Source: an uncultured virus (IMG/VR IMGVR_UViG_2911005044_000001) (lineage: Duplodnaviria > Heunggongvirae > Uroviricota > Caudoviricetes). Taken from it: 64,000 nt of DNA. Both the position numbers and the translations under genes were made by a program. The notes under the pieces were generated by a model, which saw nothing but the letters and a program-made list of their open reading frames with translations, did not search any database and was not told the DNA's origin. Location: IMG/VR virus record IMGVR_UViG_2911005044_000001; one strand, written 5' to 3'. Of this stretch, positions 17,629 through 27,875 are shown in pieces; positions within the stretch are counted from its first letter, which is position 1, and the number at the start of each line of letters is the position of its first letter.

Positions 17629-18650
17629 TACGAATTGTTTTGTGGTTCTTCGGCAACATCTATGATGGGAATATCATCATCGACTTCTTCGACTTCTATA
17701 TCTTGAATGGTAGGTTCTGGTTTAATTTCTTTTTCTTTAAATGGCTTTTGTTCTGGTTGCGCTTTAACGCTGCGCTCTCCCTGCGGTCGTGAATCTCGCA
17801 CGCTCGATTTCGCGAAAGCGTAATCAGAACTATCTGTATCGTCCTTATTTTCATCTTCCTCCTTAATATCTTCAATTTCTGTTTCTCCTTTTTCCTGACG
17901 AACGATGTCCAGAATGCGATTTTCAAGTAGACTGTTTTCGGCACGTACTTCCATAACGACTTGTGCCTTTTTCATTAAAATAGAAATAACCGCACCCATT
18001 AATTGCTGTTCTGGCGTAAGCTTTTTAGCTTTCTTACGCAGGACTTGAGCGAGTAATGGCCTTAAGAGCGCTTGATCTTCTTTATCAAGCTTGATACGCT
18101 CAACATTTTTATCATTCTGCTGATCTACAACTTGAATGATTTCTTCAAACTCATAGAACTCTTGATGCTTTCTGATTTTTACGAAATAACCACCGCCAAC
18201 TGCAAGAACATTGTTAGACATTCCCAATATCGCATCGGCTGCTTGATTTGCTTGTGCGAGCGGTACTTCAAAATCTTGGTCGGTTACGGTTTCATCAGCT
18301 TCGGTATCAAATCCGTTTCCGTTAATTTCTTGTTCTGGAGCATCAAGTGGTTCTTGGGCTTTTTCCTTTTCGACCTTAGCTTCAACCTTAGTTCTAAAAT
18401 CGGTTTGGGTGTTTCCACTGCGTCCAGGTTCTAGTTCATCAAGGGTTTTATGCTCTTGTTCTGGTTTCCAAACGTTCCAGCTTTTTTGTTTTTCTTCATC
18501 GGCTTCAACAGGACGCTCGCCACCTATGTCTTTTTCAATTACAGGTTGGTTAAGTGGACTACTATCTTCGTTTTGAAGTTGTTCAAAATTGATTTCTTCT
18601 GGAGTTGCGGTAAGGGCATCTTGTACCTCTTGAGCGATTTTGTCTTGCAT
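17628..18650 (-). CDS. Acidic hypothetical protein coupled to the packaging ATPase
   Basis: Stop/start overlap at 17628; acidic termini, helical core ending PEQQLMGAVISILM. Confidence 0.6.
   Translation of the reverse strand: MQDKIAQEVQDALTATPEEINFEQLQNEDSSPLNQPVIEKDIGGERPVEADEEKQKSWNVWKPEQEHKTLDELEPGRSGNTQTDFRTKVEAKVEKEKAQEPLDAPEQEINGNGFDTEADETVTDQDFEVPLAQANQAADAILGMSNNVLAVGGGYFVKIRKHQEFYEFEEIIQVVDQQNDKNVERIKLDKEDQALLRPLLAQVLRKKAKKLTPEQQLMGAVISILMKKAQVVMEVRAENSLLENRILDIVRQEKGETEIEDIKEEDENKDDTDSSDYAFAKSSVRDSRPQGERSVKAQPEQKPFKEKEIKPEPTIQDIEVEEVDDDIPIIDVAEEPQNNS
17766..17810. repeat. 45-bp in-frame GC-rich insertion splitting a CGCTTTCGCGAAAGCG palindrome
   Basis: CGCTTT[aacgctgcgctctccctgcggtcgtgaatctcgcacgctcgattt]CGCGAAAGCG; TTT at both junctions. 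Confidence 0.65.
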
Positions 18651-18654
18651 AGGC

Positions 18655-19107
18655 TTAGTTCAATTTTGCGATAAAATTGATAATGTTGTTTTCGAGGATT
18701 TTGAATTTTTCTACAAAAGGCTTGTAGAATTGAGGGATGGAAAGAATCTCATCGCACTTGTGGTAATTGTATAGTATGGCACGTTTGGACTGGCTAAAGC
18801 TTTCGCCAATCTTTGCATAACTAGAATCTGTATATTTTTTGAGTAAATAATAACAGGACATACGAGCCTCACGATACTCTTGAACGCTGCTGGTGTAGAA
18901 GTTTTCTTCTTTCAAATCAAAGACTTCAATGCTTCGTGAAATAATAAAAACCAGAAGAAGTTTTACTTTCTCCTTGTCTTGAGTGGTAAGCTCTGTATTG
19001 CTGGTTAAACTATCAATAACCTCAATGGTTTTCTGAAGTCCAAATTTTCCAATTAAGGAATCTATACTCTGCTGTAAATCGTGATAATCGTGTGCTGTCT
19101 TTTTCAT
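18655..19107 (-). CDS. DnaA C-terminal/TrpR-like HTH DNA-binding protein
   Basis: EARMSCYYLLKKYTDSSYAKIGESF..SKRAILY resembles Bac_DnaA_C; likely start MKKTAH. Confidence 0.6.
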   Translation of the reverse strand: MKKTAHDYHDLQQSIDSLIGKFGLQKTIEVIDSLTSNTELTTQDKEKVKLLLVFIISRSIEVFDLKEENFYTSSVQEYREARMSCYYLLKKYTDSSYAKIGESFSQSKRAILYNYHKCDEILSIPQFYKPFVEKFKILENNIINFIAKLN

Positions 19108-19207
19108 TGGGCAAGTGCCGAATTGTTTGACAGGCAAACTACTAAAAGTTGTTTTTCAATTTATTTACAAAAAGTTTATAGAAGATTTACTTTGATGTAA
19201 AATCTTT

Positions 19208-19465
19208 TTAATCAATTTTTTGCAGTATTTGATTTTTAGCTCTAAGGTATAATCTACCGTTCGTTTTCTTGCAAACTTTTACATTTTCAGCAATAAATTT
19301 AGTCCCAAGAGGATATTGTTCTCTAAATTTTTTAAGACACTCAATAACCATTGTAATTGGGACTTCTTGATTTGGTAATGGTCTTACACGAATTCTATTT
19401 GTTTCTTTATCTAAGAAAGATTCACACTTAATGTTGTCTATGTAATTACCGATTATTAAACTCAT
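19208..19465 (-). CDS. Small hypothetical protein, last gene of defence operon
   Basis: 85-aa ORF, 3 bp from PLD gene. Confidence 0.55.
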   Translation of the reverse strand: MSLIIGNYIDNIKCESFLDKETNRIRVRPLPNQEVPITMVIECLKKFREQYPLGTKFIAENVKVCKKTNGRLYLRAKNQILQKID

Positions 19466-19468
19466 TTT

Positions 19469-22162
19469 TTAAAATATCTTTACTTTTTTACTAATATAAA
19501 CTTCTTTATAAACACCTCCGTCATCTTCTTTTAAATCCCTATTTAAAATAGGCGAATAGAATTCCAATTTTGCATCTTTTAAGACTTTACGTATCATTCC
19601 GAAGCCCATTACTTTACTATACACAATACTATTAACCAGTTGAGCATTGACTTCCGTACCTTTTATTGAGGCTTCAATTAAACCTTTCTCAAATTTCAGA
19701 TAGTCGTTGCAAAAGCTCCAGTCTAATAATTTGTCAGGTAGGTCTTTATGTTCAATATGTAATGAAGACAGATTGAATGTATTATAGACATTGAGTAATA
19801 CCAATTCCTTCCAGTAACTGAACTTATTATTCCATACTAACTTATTAATTAATTGGTTACTCAAAATTATTAACTTTAGTTTTTGAGCTTCGTCAACAGT
19901 AAATTCAGAAGATTTTAATGAAATCATAATTTGACTCAAGCCTAAATCTATAAAATCAAGTAACCAATTCTTAGATGTGTAATCTTGAATGTACTTATTT
20001 GATATAATTGAATGTCTAAAAGTTATTGGTTCTGATGGAGTATCAACTAATTTAAAGGCTTTATTACTATTTTCTACGAATAGGATAAATGTGTTTAGTA
20101 GCGCGTAATCGACATAATAACTTACTTCATAATTTGATGAGTTGATTTGTGATTCTAATCGTTTCAACCCAAATTTACGTTCCAATTTGTGCAATTCATC
20201 TAGCTGTTTATAGTGAACTTTGACTTGAGATAGTTCTTCAACATAGACTTCGTCCCAAAAATGTAAGAGAATATGAAATCCCACAAAGAGCGCATTAAGA
20301 CTTTTTGTGTCCTGTGATACTTTATTAATCCTTCGACTATCGATTAGAGTGGTAACCGCTTTAATTGTTTTCTCAATTTTACGAGCTATTCGTTGACCTT
20401 CACTTGCATTGATAAACGATTGCGTATGTTTTAAACTTATTTCCTCGTCCATACCATCATCGCCAGCTTCAGTAGCAAGCTCTTCTGCATTATCTGAGAG
20501 TTCTTCAGGATTCTCTCTAATTTTAAGAACATCAAGAAATTCTTCAACCATTGAAGTTATGTTGTCGCTTGTTACTCGTTCATCAAGGCTTAAACTTGCA
20601 TTTTTATTGTATTCATTTTCAGAAATGACTTCGCCTTCATCTTCTACATTTTCATTACTTACCAATAAAGGAGCTTGAGATGTCGAGCTATCCTTAAAGA
20701 CTTGCTCTTGATCTAAGAAATCTAATACCAGCTCATAGTTTAAAGAACTAAATATGTCTAAGTGTTCAAAACTTTGCAATCTAGCTAGGCGTTCATCTGG
20801 ATTAGATTTTTTGAGGGCATTTACATTTTGAATCAGTCCAAAGGTTGAAATACGTTCTTGTGAACTTGCATCATATAAAGCGACCTTAAAAATGCTTTCG
20901 GTCACTTTAAGTGGTGTCTGGATTGTTTTAGAGTTAACTGTAACATTTATATTTTCAAGTAGAACATTATTACTGTCAAACGTTTTCAGCGCACATTTGC
21001 TATTAAACTCTTTATCTAATGAAACTTCAACGATGCCATCACTCAACTCTGCGTGTTTGATTTTTAATAGACCTTCGATAATTTCTTGATTTTCTGACTC
21101 TGCGTTTATAGTGTTTTTAATATCAAGTGATCCATTTTTAGGAATTTGAATACCCAACTCTTTTATAAAGTCTTTATGCTTTTTAGTACGAAGTGTAACA
21201 ACAGCTTCGTCGTTTTTAAAAGCTCTATTACTTATTCCATAAGCCTCTAATGTTGCGTTGGCGCTTCCTAAAATAAATATAGTCTCCTCATTATATTCAA
21301 TCTGAATAATCTTTGCGTGAAGTCGCTGTATGCTTTTAGAGTTTTCAGTATTAATAACATCTTTCCAGTCAGAAAACTGACAAATACTTGATGTGAAATC
21401 CACAGGTAATGTGCCATTGCTAGTATCAACAACGCAGTGTATTTCTTCAGGTGCTAAGTCATCAATAAGCTTTTTCAAAAAGGCTCCAGACTTATTATAA
21501 TAAGGTGCTATAATTTTGATACTTTTTGGCTTTCGCGAAAGCGTACTTATAACCTCACTATACAAAGACTTTGTACTTTGAGTATAAAACATACTATACT
21601 CAATATCCTTAATAACAGTACTACTACCTTGATTATTTTCTAAATCTGATATCCATTGTGAATGTTGTGCAATCCAATTGATTTTGGTAACATTGATTCC
21701 CAAACTATGAGACGATAGTGACTGAATATATTGCCAAGCAGATTTAAAAATAGGCTGCGCATCCAATCGTTCTTTTGACGTGTAAAACGATGACCATATC
21801 TCATCATTATAGAGAAGTCCACTCGAAGTAATGTTACCACTACCTATTGAAAGATATCCCTTATCCTTTCCTACTAAAAATAGCATCTTAGGATGAAATG
21901 CTCCTGAAATACTAACTGGTGTAATACTGTAATTTGCATTGAATTTTTTAATACTATCGCCCAAGTGTGATGCGAGATATTTTTCTAGCATTGAAGCATC
22001 TACAAATAGATTAATATTAGTAATTCCTGCTCCTCGTAATCTTGGTAATATGAGTTGTTCAAAAAAAGCAAGGTCAATACTGTAGCTAGTAATAACGCAA
22101 CTATGGTATTTGTTCTTTCCTGTACCTATAAGCTCTAAAATGTTAGACCTTTCTATTTTCAT
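19469..22162 (-). CDS. Large PLD-superfamily nuclease-like protein (defence)
   Basis: TSYSID..FFE, FHPK..GSGNIT, LHAK..GSANAT. Confidence 0.7.
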   Translation of the reverse strand: MKIERSNILELIGTGKNKYHSCVITSYSIDLAFFEQLILPRLRGAGITNINLFVDASMLEKYLASHLGDSIKKFNANYSITPVSISGAFHPKMLFLVGKDKGYLSIGSGNITSSGLLYNDEIWSSFYTSKERLDAQPIFKSAWQYIQSLSSHSLGINVTKINWIAQHSQWISDLENNQGSSTVIKDIEYSMFYTQSTKSLYSEVISTLSRKPKSIKIIAPYYNKSGAFLKKLIDDLAPEEIHCVVDTSNGTLPVDFTSSICQFSDWKDVINTENSKSIQRLHAKIIQIEYNEETIFILGSANATLEAYGISNRAFKNDEAVVTLRTKKHKDFIKELGIQIPKNGSLDIKNTINAESENQEIIEGLLKIKHAELSDGIVEVSLDKEFNSKCALKTFDSNNVLLENINVTVNSKTIQTPLKVTESIFKVALYDASSQERISTFGLIQNVNALKKSNPDERLARLQSFEHLDIFSSLNYELVLDFLDQEQVFKDSSTSQAPLLVSNENVEDEGEVISENEYNKNASLSLDERVTSDNITSMVEEFLDVLKIRENPEELSDNAEELATEAGDDGMDEEISLKHTQSFINASEGQRIARKIEKTIKAVTTLIDSRRINKVSQDTKSLNALFVGFHILLHFWDEVYVEELSQVKVHYKQLDELHKLERKFGLKRLESQINSSNYEVSYYVDYALLNTFILFVENSNKAFKLVDTPSEPITFRHSIISNKYIQDYTSKNWLLDFIDLGLSQIMISLKSSEFTVDEAQKLKLIILSNQLINKLVWNNKFSYWKELVLLNVYNTFNLSSLHIEHKDLPDKLLDWSFCNDYLKFEKGLIEASIKGTEVNAQLVNSIVYSKVMGFGMIRKVLKDAKLEFYSPILNRDLKEDDGGVYKEVYISKKVKIF

Positions 22163-23736
22163 TCGGCAAGCATTTTTAAATGTTCTTGACCTTTTTGAGT
22201 TAATGCTGTACTATCTGTATCTATAATACTCAAATCGCGCATAAAGTCAACGAGTGTATGGATTCGTGGGGAAGAGTAATCATACATAAAATGATCTACT
22301 AAACGTATCATACCGTCTTCTCTATAGAACTTTGCGCTGTTCTGTGTAGCATTTAATTTTCTTAACGCTACAAAGTGATGTCTGTTTATTACATTACGTG
22401 TGAGAAAGTATCTTACGAACTCTTTTATAGTTAGGTCTTGTCTTGATTTAAAGTCATCATAAGAAACAAGAAAACTACTGGCTGTATGTATTTTGAACTT
22501 ATTAGATATTTCTAATAGGTCAGCGTTGCTTGCGCTATTTTCTATTGCTAACTTCTGGATTGCGAGAAGCGCATATTGTATTTTGATGTAAGGACTCTGC
22601 TCATTCTTTGAAAGAAATACTAACTCTTGAATAGACTCTTGAGTAAACGTTGATTCAAAAAACAAATCTGACTCTTCATCAAAACCATCTTTGTGAAACA
22701 ACTCCATAACTTTTAGGATGATCTGGTCAACTAATTCAATCTCGTCTATCCAGTTATTTTTGGACTGTTCATCTAAAATTTTAAGAAAAGAATCTAAGCA
22801 ACCGGTACTTGAAACACTCCAAAACTGTTCAACAATAAAGAAATACCAGAGTTTTTGTGAGGTAGAGTAATCATTATTCCAGCCATTATTATAAATGGAG
22901 AAAGGAACGTTTAATTGCTCGTATTTTGTCTCGCTATCAATCTCATCTACATTAGACAATAGAAGCTTTATCGTGTCTTTTCTGAAATAAGTTTCGTCCT
23001 TTTCTTTAGGTCGATCTACGCCAGAAAAGAGCTGCCATAATAGCTGTTGCTCCTCACTATCATTTGGTATGTTAAGCATATTAAACTCACTACTCAATAG
23101 CTCTAGCTCTGTTTTAGTAACTACATTGTTTTCTATCGCTTTCGCGAAAATGTGAGATGTATTAGAAATATTTAACCCAAAAGCATCGGCTAATTGCTTA
23201 CCAGAAATTTTAGTTTCGTGCTGAAAATCGGTACGAACATACAATCCTTCCTTATCGCCTTGATCGCCAAGAACGCCCATTTGTTTTATAGAACTGATAT
23301 AATACTGACCAAGAACTCCTCGTGGATTTTTCCAGTACGACCCTTCACTTTTAGACCCTTCCTGAGTGCCTTTTGTCAAATCAATTATTTCATCACTCTC
23401 AGCATAAATTGTCAACGCTTTTGTAATACCAGGAACACCACTTAATTCTTTATGTGCAGCTACTAGTGATAGTAAAAATTCTGCTCGCCTTAAATAACTA
23501 TTTTGCTTACTCCTCGATGTTGTTCGAACTTGAGAAGCATACCAATCAAAAAACCAACAATAAAAAGAATAGTAGCGTATGCGACCAGTTACGTTATTAA
23601 GTCCAGGCAATAGTAAGTCGAAAATACGTTCACTTGTAAGATTCAACCCTAGTTGATCTAGACCTGATATTGGGTAATGTGGTTTACCTAAAAATGGTGC
23701 TTTTACCTGTGCGGCTTCAAATTGTCTTATGCTCAT
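22159..23736 (-). CDS. DUF6361-like partner of the PLD protein (defence)
   Basis: DQLGL...LLPGLNNVTGRIRYYSFYCW..YY.SS..QMG; 4-bp overlap with PLD gene. Confidence 0.55.
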   Translation of the reverse strand: MSIRQFEAAQVKAPFLGKPHYPISGLDQLGLNLTSERIFDLLLPGLNNVTGRIRYYSFYCWFFDWYASQVRTTSRSKQNSYLRRAEFLLSLVAAHKELSGVPGITKALTIYAESDEIIDLTKGTQEGSKSEGSYWKNPRGVLGQYYISSIKQMGVLGDQGDKEGLYVRTDFQHETKISGKQLADAFGLNISNTSHIFAKAIENNVVTKTELELLSSEFNMLNIPNDSEEQQLLWQLFSGVDRPKEKDETYFRKDTIKLLLSNVDEIDSETKYEQLNVPFSIYNNGWNNDYSTSQKLWYFFIVEQFWSVSSTGCLDSFLKILDEQSKNNWIDEIELVDQIILKVMELFHKDGFDEESDLFFESTFTQESIQELVFLSKNEQSPYIKIQYALLAIQKLAIENSASNADLLEISNKFKIHTASSFLVSYDDFKSRQDLTIKEFVRYFLTRNVINRHHFVALRKLNATQNSAKFYREDGMIRLVDHFMYDYSSPRIHTLVDFMRDLSIIDTDSTALTQKGQEHLKMLAE

Positions 23737-23744
23737 ATCTTGAC

Positions 23745-24761
23745 TTAATATCCTTTTCTTCCATACTCCTTCACTACATCGATATGCTTATTATGCAATC
23801 TCAAATAGTTCTCTAACGAGTACTGAACACTTCCATTTTCTGAAGCCTCAAAGTGCTCTGGTAAGGGTTTGTATTTTTCTATGAGTTCATCATAGAGCTT
23901 ATCTAGTATTAAAAAGTAATCCATAACAAATTCATATCCTGAAATGTCTAATTCCAATTCAACTTGTTTCTGTCTGTAGGATATGATTGAATCTGTTTTC
24001 CAATTGTCTGGAAACTCATAATAAATGGAGCCGTAATGATACTTTTGGTTTTTGAAGAACCAAATCAATCTTTCTCTTTCCGTTTTGCAATTTTGATATT
24101 CAATAAGACTTTCAGTGGCCTGGTCTTGAACTTGAGACATCTCAAATACACGTTCTACTTGACTAGTTAAACTATAAGCATCGCTATATAAATTGTAGTC
24201 AAAACATTCAAATGGACCAAAACCGTTAATTGTCTTGCTTAAGTAATTGAAGTTGTCGTAATACCAATTCTTTAACTCATCTACTTTAATAGGCTCATCG
24301 ATCTCACTTATTTGATTCAACAACGCATCGTATTCCTTTTTTATAATGAGATACTCTGTGGTAGGTTTAAAGTCGTGGTATTCATCTTTGTTAAAACTAA
24401 AACCTAGGTCTATTGATTTTTCAAGCTCTGTAAAATTAGTAAGCTTATTGCATACGTAGATGTCATCTGCTGTTTCTCCATCTTTACTTTCAATAAATAA
24501 GTCTAAATAGTATCCAGAATTAGATAGAAAGGTCATTCCTTCACAGCCCTTATTGCAAGATTCACAAATGCCAAAAAACACATCGTCGAATGAATGACAA
24601 TCATCACGTTTAGCTTGCTTAAATTTCTTCTCTAATTTTTCAAGAAAAAGAGATTTAGACACATCTTGATAAGGCTTATCATCATCGAGTAGTTCTTTTA
24701 GAGAGGCTATATCGAAGTTTTTGATGGCATTAGTAATTTTGTTTATTGAATTAATCTTCAT
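23745..24761 (-). CDS. Hypothetical protein with Cys cluster (CESCNKGC)
   Basis: 338-aa ORF in operon. Confidence 0.55.
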   Translation of the reverse strand: MKINSINKITNAIKNFDIASLKELLDDDKPYQDVSKSLFLEKLEKKFKQAKRDDCHSFDDVFFGICESCNKGCEGMTFLSNSGYYLDLFIESKDGETADDIYVCNKLTNFTELEKSIDLGFSFNKDEYHDFKPTTEYLIIKKEYDALLNQISEIDEPIKVDELKNWYYDNFNYLSKTINGFGPFECFDYNLYSDAYSLTSQVERVFEMSQVQDQATESLIEYQNCKTERERLIWFFKNQKYHYGSIYYEFPDNWKTDSIISYRQKQVELELDISGYEFVMDYFLILDKLYDELIEKYKPLPEHFEASENGSVQYSLENYLRLHNKHIDVVKEYGRKGY

Positions 24762-25137
24762 TCTTTTCCTTCTTCTCGTAATTCTGTATTAATGAAGAAA
24801 TGAAAGCTCCACCAGCAGCAGTCGCCAACCAACCCCAAATACCAACACCTGTTCCTAAAGCCGCAATGCCAATTCCACCAGTTCCAAAGACGAATAAGCC
24901 TGTTATAGCACCTAAAAAAGCTCCAATAAAAAGCTTATTATTAGTGGATTGATCACTCCACATAATTCGCTTTATTTCTTTTGTTTTTTCCTTGGTCGTT
25001 AGATCTGAAGATTGAACGTCCTTCACTTTCTTCAAAATAGCCATCAATTTTTCCTTTTTTGAACTTGATAGTTTTGCGATGTAGTTAATTGCTTTTTGTA
25101 GATTAACTTGTAATTTATTTTCATTCATCTTTATCAA
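24751..25137 (-). CDS. Glycine-zipper membrane protein
   Basis: GAFLGAITGLFVFGTGGIGIAALGTGVG. Confidence 0.6.
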   Translation of the reverse strand: MIKMNENKLQVNLQKAINYIAKLSSSKKEKLMAILKKVKDVQSSDLTTKEKTKEIKRIMWSDQSTNNKLFIGAFLGAITGLFVFGTGGIGIAALGTGVGIWGWLATAAGGAFISSLIQNYEKKEKNED

Positions 25138-26683
25138 AGATTTTTAGAGCGTCTACTGCAGCGACTTTCAACCCACCTTTCTGTTTTTCGTATTCATCAA
25201 TATTTTTTAGACATTTTATAAGTACGTCTTTGGTTATTTGATTTTCATCAATTTTTGTGGACTTCAGTTCGTTAAGTATTTTAGATAAAAATGCCTTTCT
25301 TTTTTTTAAGTTGTTTTGAAATTCTTTGAAAGTGAATATGGAATCAGAAGTGTTATTTATTAAAGAAGTATTTGAAAATAAATCATTATTAACTTGACCT
25401 GGTTTTGCTTTAGTTTCAATCAACTCTTTTTCAGAACCATCATTAATTTTTGATTCAATATTTTTTACTGTATTTATTGGTTTACTTTCTACTTTAAGCT
25501 GAACTTGTATTGGCTGTTCAGTTTCTTCGTTGTAATTATTTTGATTAGGTATATTGTTTCTATTTTCACTTTCAGCCTCCTCTTTATTTGATTCACTATT
25601 TGCAAATACTTCATTACTAAATTCTTTTGTAACCTTTGGTTTCCAATCTAAATCCAAAGATTTTGTATTTTTCAACAACGGAGTACTTGAAAATGACTGT
25701 AACGATTTAGAGATTGTCTGAATAGAAAATGTATAACCAAGTATAAAGAGAACTTTTGAAGCTGATTCAGAATCATAATATTTCAATTCCAGAATATTCT
25801 CCTTAATAATTTCAATATTATAATGATTTTTTTCCATTAGTCTTTTTAGATAATAGAAATAGGTAAATAATAAGAATGCGCTTGGATACTTATCATTTTC
25901 AGATAAGGTATCTTTTAGCTTATTAAATCTTTTAAGCTCATCGTCATCTATAGTATTCTTATCAATATATTGAACTGCTTTAAATAGGCTCTTTTGGTTT
26001 ATTTCTGATTTTCTCTGAATTACGAAGTTGTAAAAAGCACTTTTGGTAATTTTTTCAACATCCTGTCCTAATTTTCTCATTCCTATACAGGCGGACTTTA
26101 TTAGAGCTTCAATATTTCCTTCTGGTATAAAGCTTGGCGTGGTATTAAAATCTACTAAGTGGGCTAGAGTTGAATCGTTCTTTCCTGGACTTTGATTATT
26201 TAATTGAAATAATGTTGCAGCTTTAAAATCACTTATAAAATCATCTTTTGGTACCTCAAGTTCATATATTGAGCAAAGCTCAGTACCTGCCTTATTTCTT
26301 AAAATATGGCTTCGGTAATTAGTAAATGATATGTAAACTGATGGATTGAGAGGTTCCGCTATTCTAAAATCGTTATTAAGCTTAGATGAAAGCAGCCTTG
26401 AACCAATATCTGATAAAGGTATAATAGACTTTATTCCTTTAAATTTTAATAACGGAGCATTGTCATAGTCTAAATTCCTGCTGTATTCGATTAGCAATAC
26501 CTCGTGCTCTTGCTCATAAATAGGAACTGAATTTTGTAAGAAGTTTACCTGTCTATCTTCAGACAGCTTTTCAAATTCGTAATATGATAAGTGAATGATT
26601 CTATCTGATGACGTTCTTAACCTATCATATTTAATTAGGTAATTTAATTCTGAACGAAATAGAACGATAATTATATTTTTCAT
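25121..26683 (-). CDS. Hypothetical protein (520 aa)
   Basis: Long ORF in operon; no recognised motif. Confidence 0.6.
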   Translation of the reverse strand: MKNIIIVLFRSELNYLIKYDRLRTSSDRIIHLSYYEFEKLSEDRQVNFLQNSVPIYEQEHEVLLIEYSRNLDYDNAPLLKFKGIKSIIPLSDIGSRLLSSKLNNDFRIAEPLNPSVYISFTNYRSHILRNKAGTELCSIYELEVPKDDFISDFKAATLFQLNNQSPGKNDSTLAHLVDFNTTPSFIPEGNIEALIKSACIGMRKLGQDVEKITKSAFYNFVIQRKSEINQKSLFKAVQYIDKNTIDDDELKRFNKLKDTLSENDKYPSAFLLFTYFYYLKRLMEKNHYNIEIIKENILELKYYDSESASKVLFILGYTFSIQTISKSLQSFSSTPLLKNTKSLDLDWKPKVTKEFSNEVFANSESNKEEAESENRNNIPNQNNYNEETEQPIQVQLKVESKPINTVKNIESKINDGSEKELIETKAKPGQVNNDLFSNTSLINNTSDSIFTFKEFQNNLKKRKAFLSKILNELKSTKIDENQITKDVLIKCLKNIDEYEKQKGGLKVAAVDALKIFDKDE

Positions 26684-26695
26684 TTGTTTTCTTTA

Positions 26696-27871
26696 TTAAA
26701 AAACGACTTCGTCGTTATCAGATTCTAAATTGTTTATTTCTCTTACCCTAGTGCTTAATAAAAACCTCTTAAACCCTGAATACATAGAACCAGTAAAGGT
26801 TATTAATAAATCTCTTTTAGCTCTAGATAAAGCAACAAGGATTACAGCGTTTTCATTATCCGCTTCTCCTAAATCAGTTTGAATACCAGGCAAAGCAACA
26901 GCATCAAAATCAAGTCCTTTAGATGAATGATAGGTAATCAAAACAATTTTGTTCTCAATATTAGCTCTCTCTAAAGATCCAGTACCATTACCTACGTACA
27001 TTAATGGAATATCTTGGTTATTCAAGTATGTATTCATAGCTTCAAAATTTCTACTTGACAAAGCATAATCTGGATACGTACCTTCAGACCACTTTTGTTT
27101 CCCTTCCAATTCTAATATGGTATCGACATACTTTATCATATCATTTTTCTTAAAAAACAATACCGCGTTAACTTCTCCAGATCTATCAATATTAATTTGC
27201 TTAGACTCGTTCCAAGAGAACTTTATTTCTTCCTTGTAGTTATTTGCTTTGAATAACCTTATATCAGAATCTTCTCTACCTATGTGAACCATATCTGCAA
27301 ATAGATTTGTGTAAACATTTTTTAAAACACCTATTACCGTTCTTGTTAATCGATAGATTGTGGTAGTCGTTCTCTCTACTGGATTCAGTTGTGCTACAAT
27401 TTCCTCTTTAGTAGCGGGCTTTTCATTAAAGTTTGGGACAGAAGAATAAATAGATTGTGCTGCATCACCAGCTATAATTAATTGATCGCATCCTTTTTTC
27501 ATTCTTTCTAAAAGAACAGTTGGTATATCTTGTATTTCATCACAAAATACTGCATCAAACTTTTCTCCTTTATAAAGGCGCTTATTGACATCATAGATTG
27601 TTATCACTGGAATCCGTTTTCCATTTAAAGCAGGAATTTGTCTCAAACCTGAGGCTAGTAAATCAATTAAGGCGTGTGTAAAAACAACTACTACAATACT
27701 GGCTTTAGGGTTTCTTATAACATAATCTGTTAAAGCGTGAAGTAGTACAATAGATTTGCCAGATCCGGCGTGACCTTGTATCCAAATAGGTTTCCCTTGT
27801 AAATCGTGTATTTCATCAATTATTTCTCTTTGCTCAGGACCTAACCTGGCTTCTTCTATCATCCACTGCAT
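26696..27871 (-). CDS. Compact SF1 (UvrD-like) helicase/ATPase
   Basis: GHAGSGKS, DEIQD, AGDAAQSIY, TYHSSKGLDFD, ALSRAK. Confidence 0.8.
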   Translation of the reverse strand: MQWMIEEARLGPEQREIIDEIHDLQGKPIWIQGHAGSGKSIVLLHALTDYVIRNPKASIVVVVFTHALIDLLASGLRQIPALNGKRIPVITIYDVNKRLYKGEKFDAVFCDEIQDIPTVLLERMKKGCDQLIIAGDAAQSIYSSVPNFNEKPATKEEIVAQLNPVERTTTTIYRLTRTVIGVLKNVYTNLFADMVHIGREDSDIRLFKANNYKEEIKFSWNESKQINIDRSGEVNAVLFFKKNDMIKYVDTILELEGKQKWSEGTYPDYALSSRNFEAMNTYLNNQDIPLMYVGNGTGSLERANIENKIVLITYHSSKGLDFDAVALPGIQTDLGEADNENAVILVALSRAKRDLLITFTGSMYSGFKRFLLSTRVREINNLESDNDEVVF

Positions 27872-27875
27872 ACTT

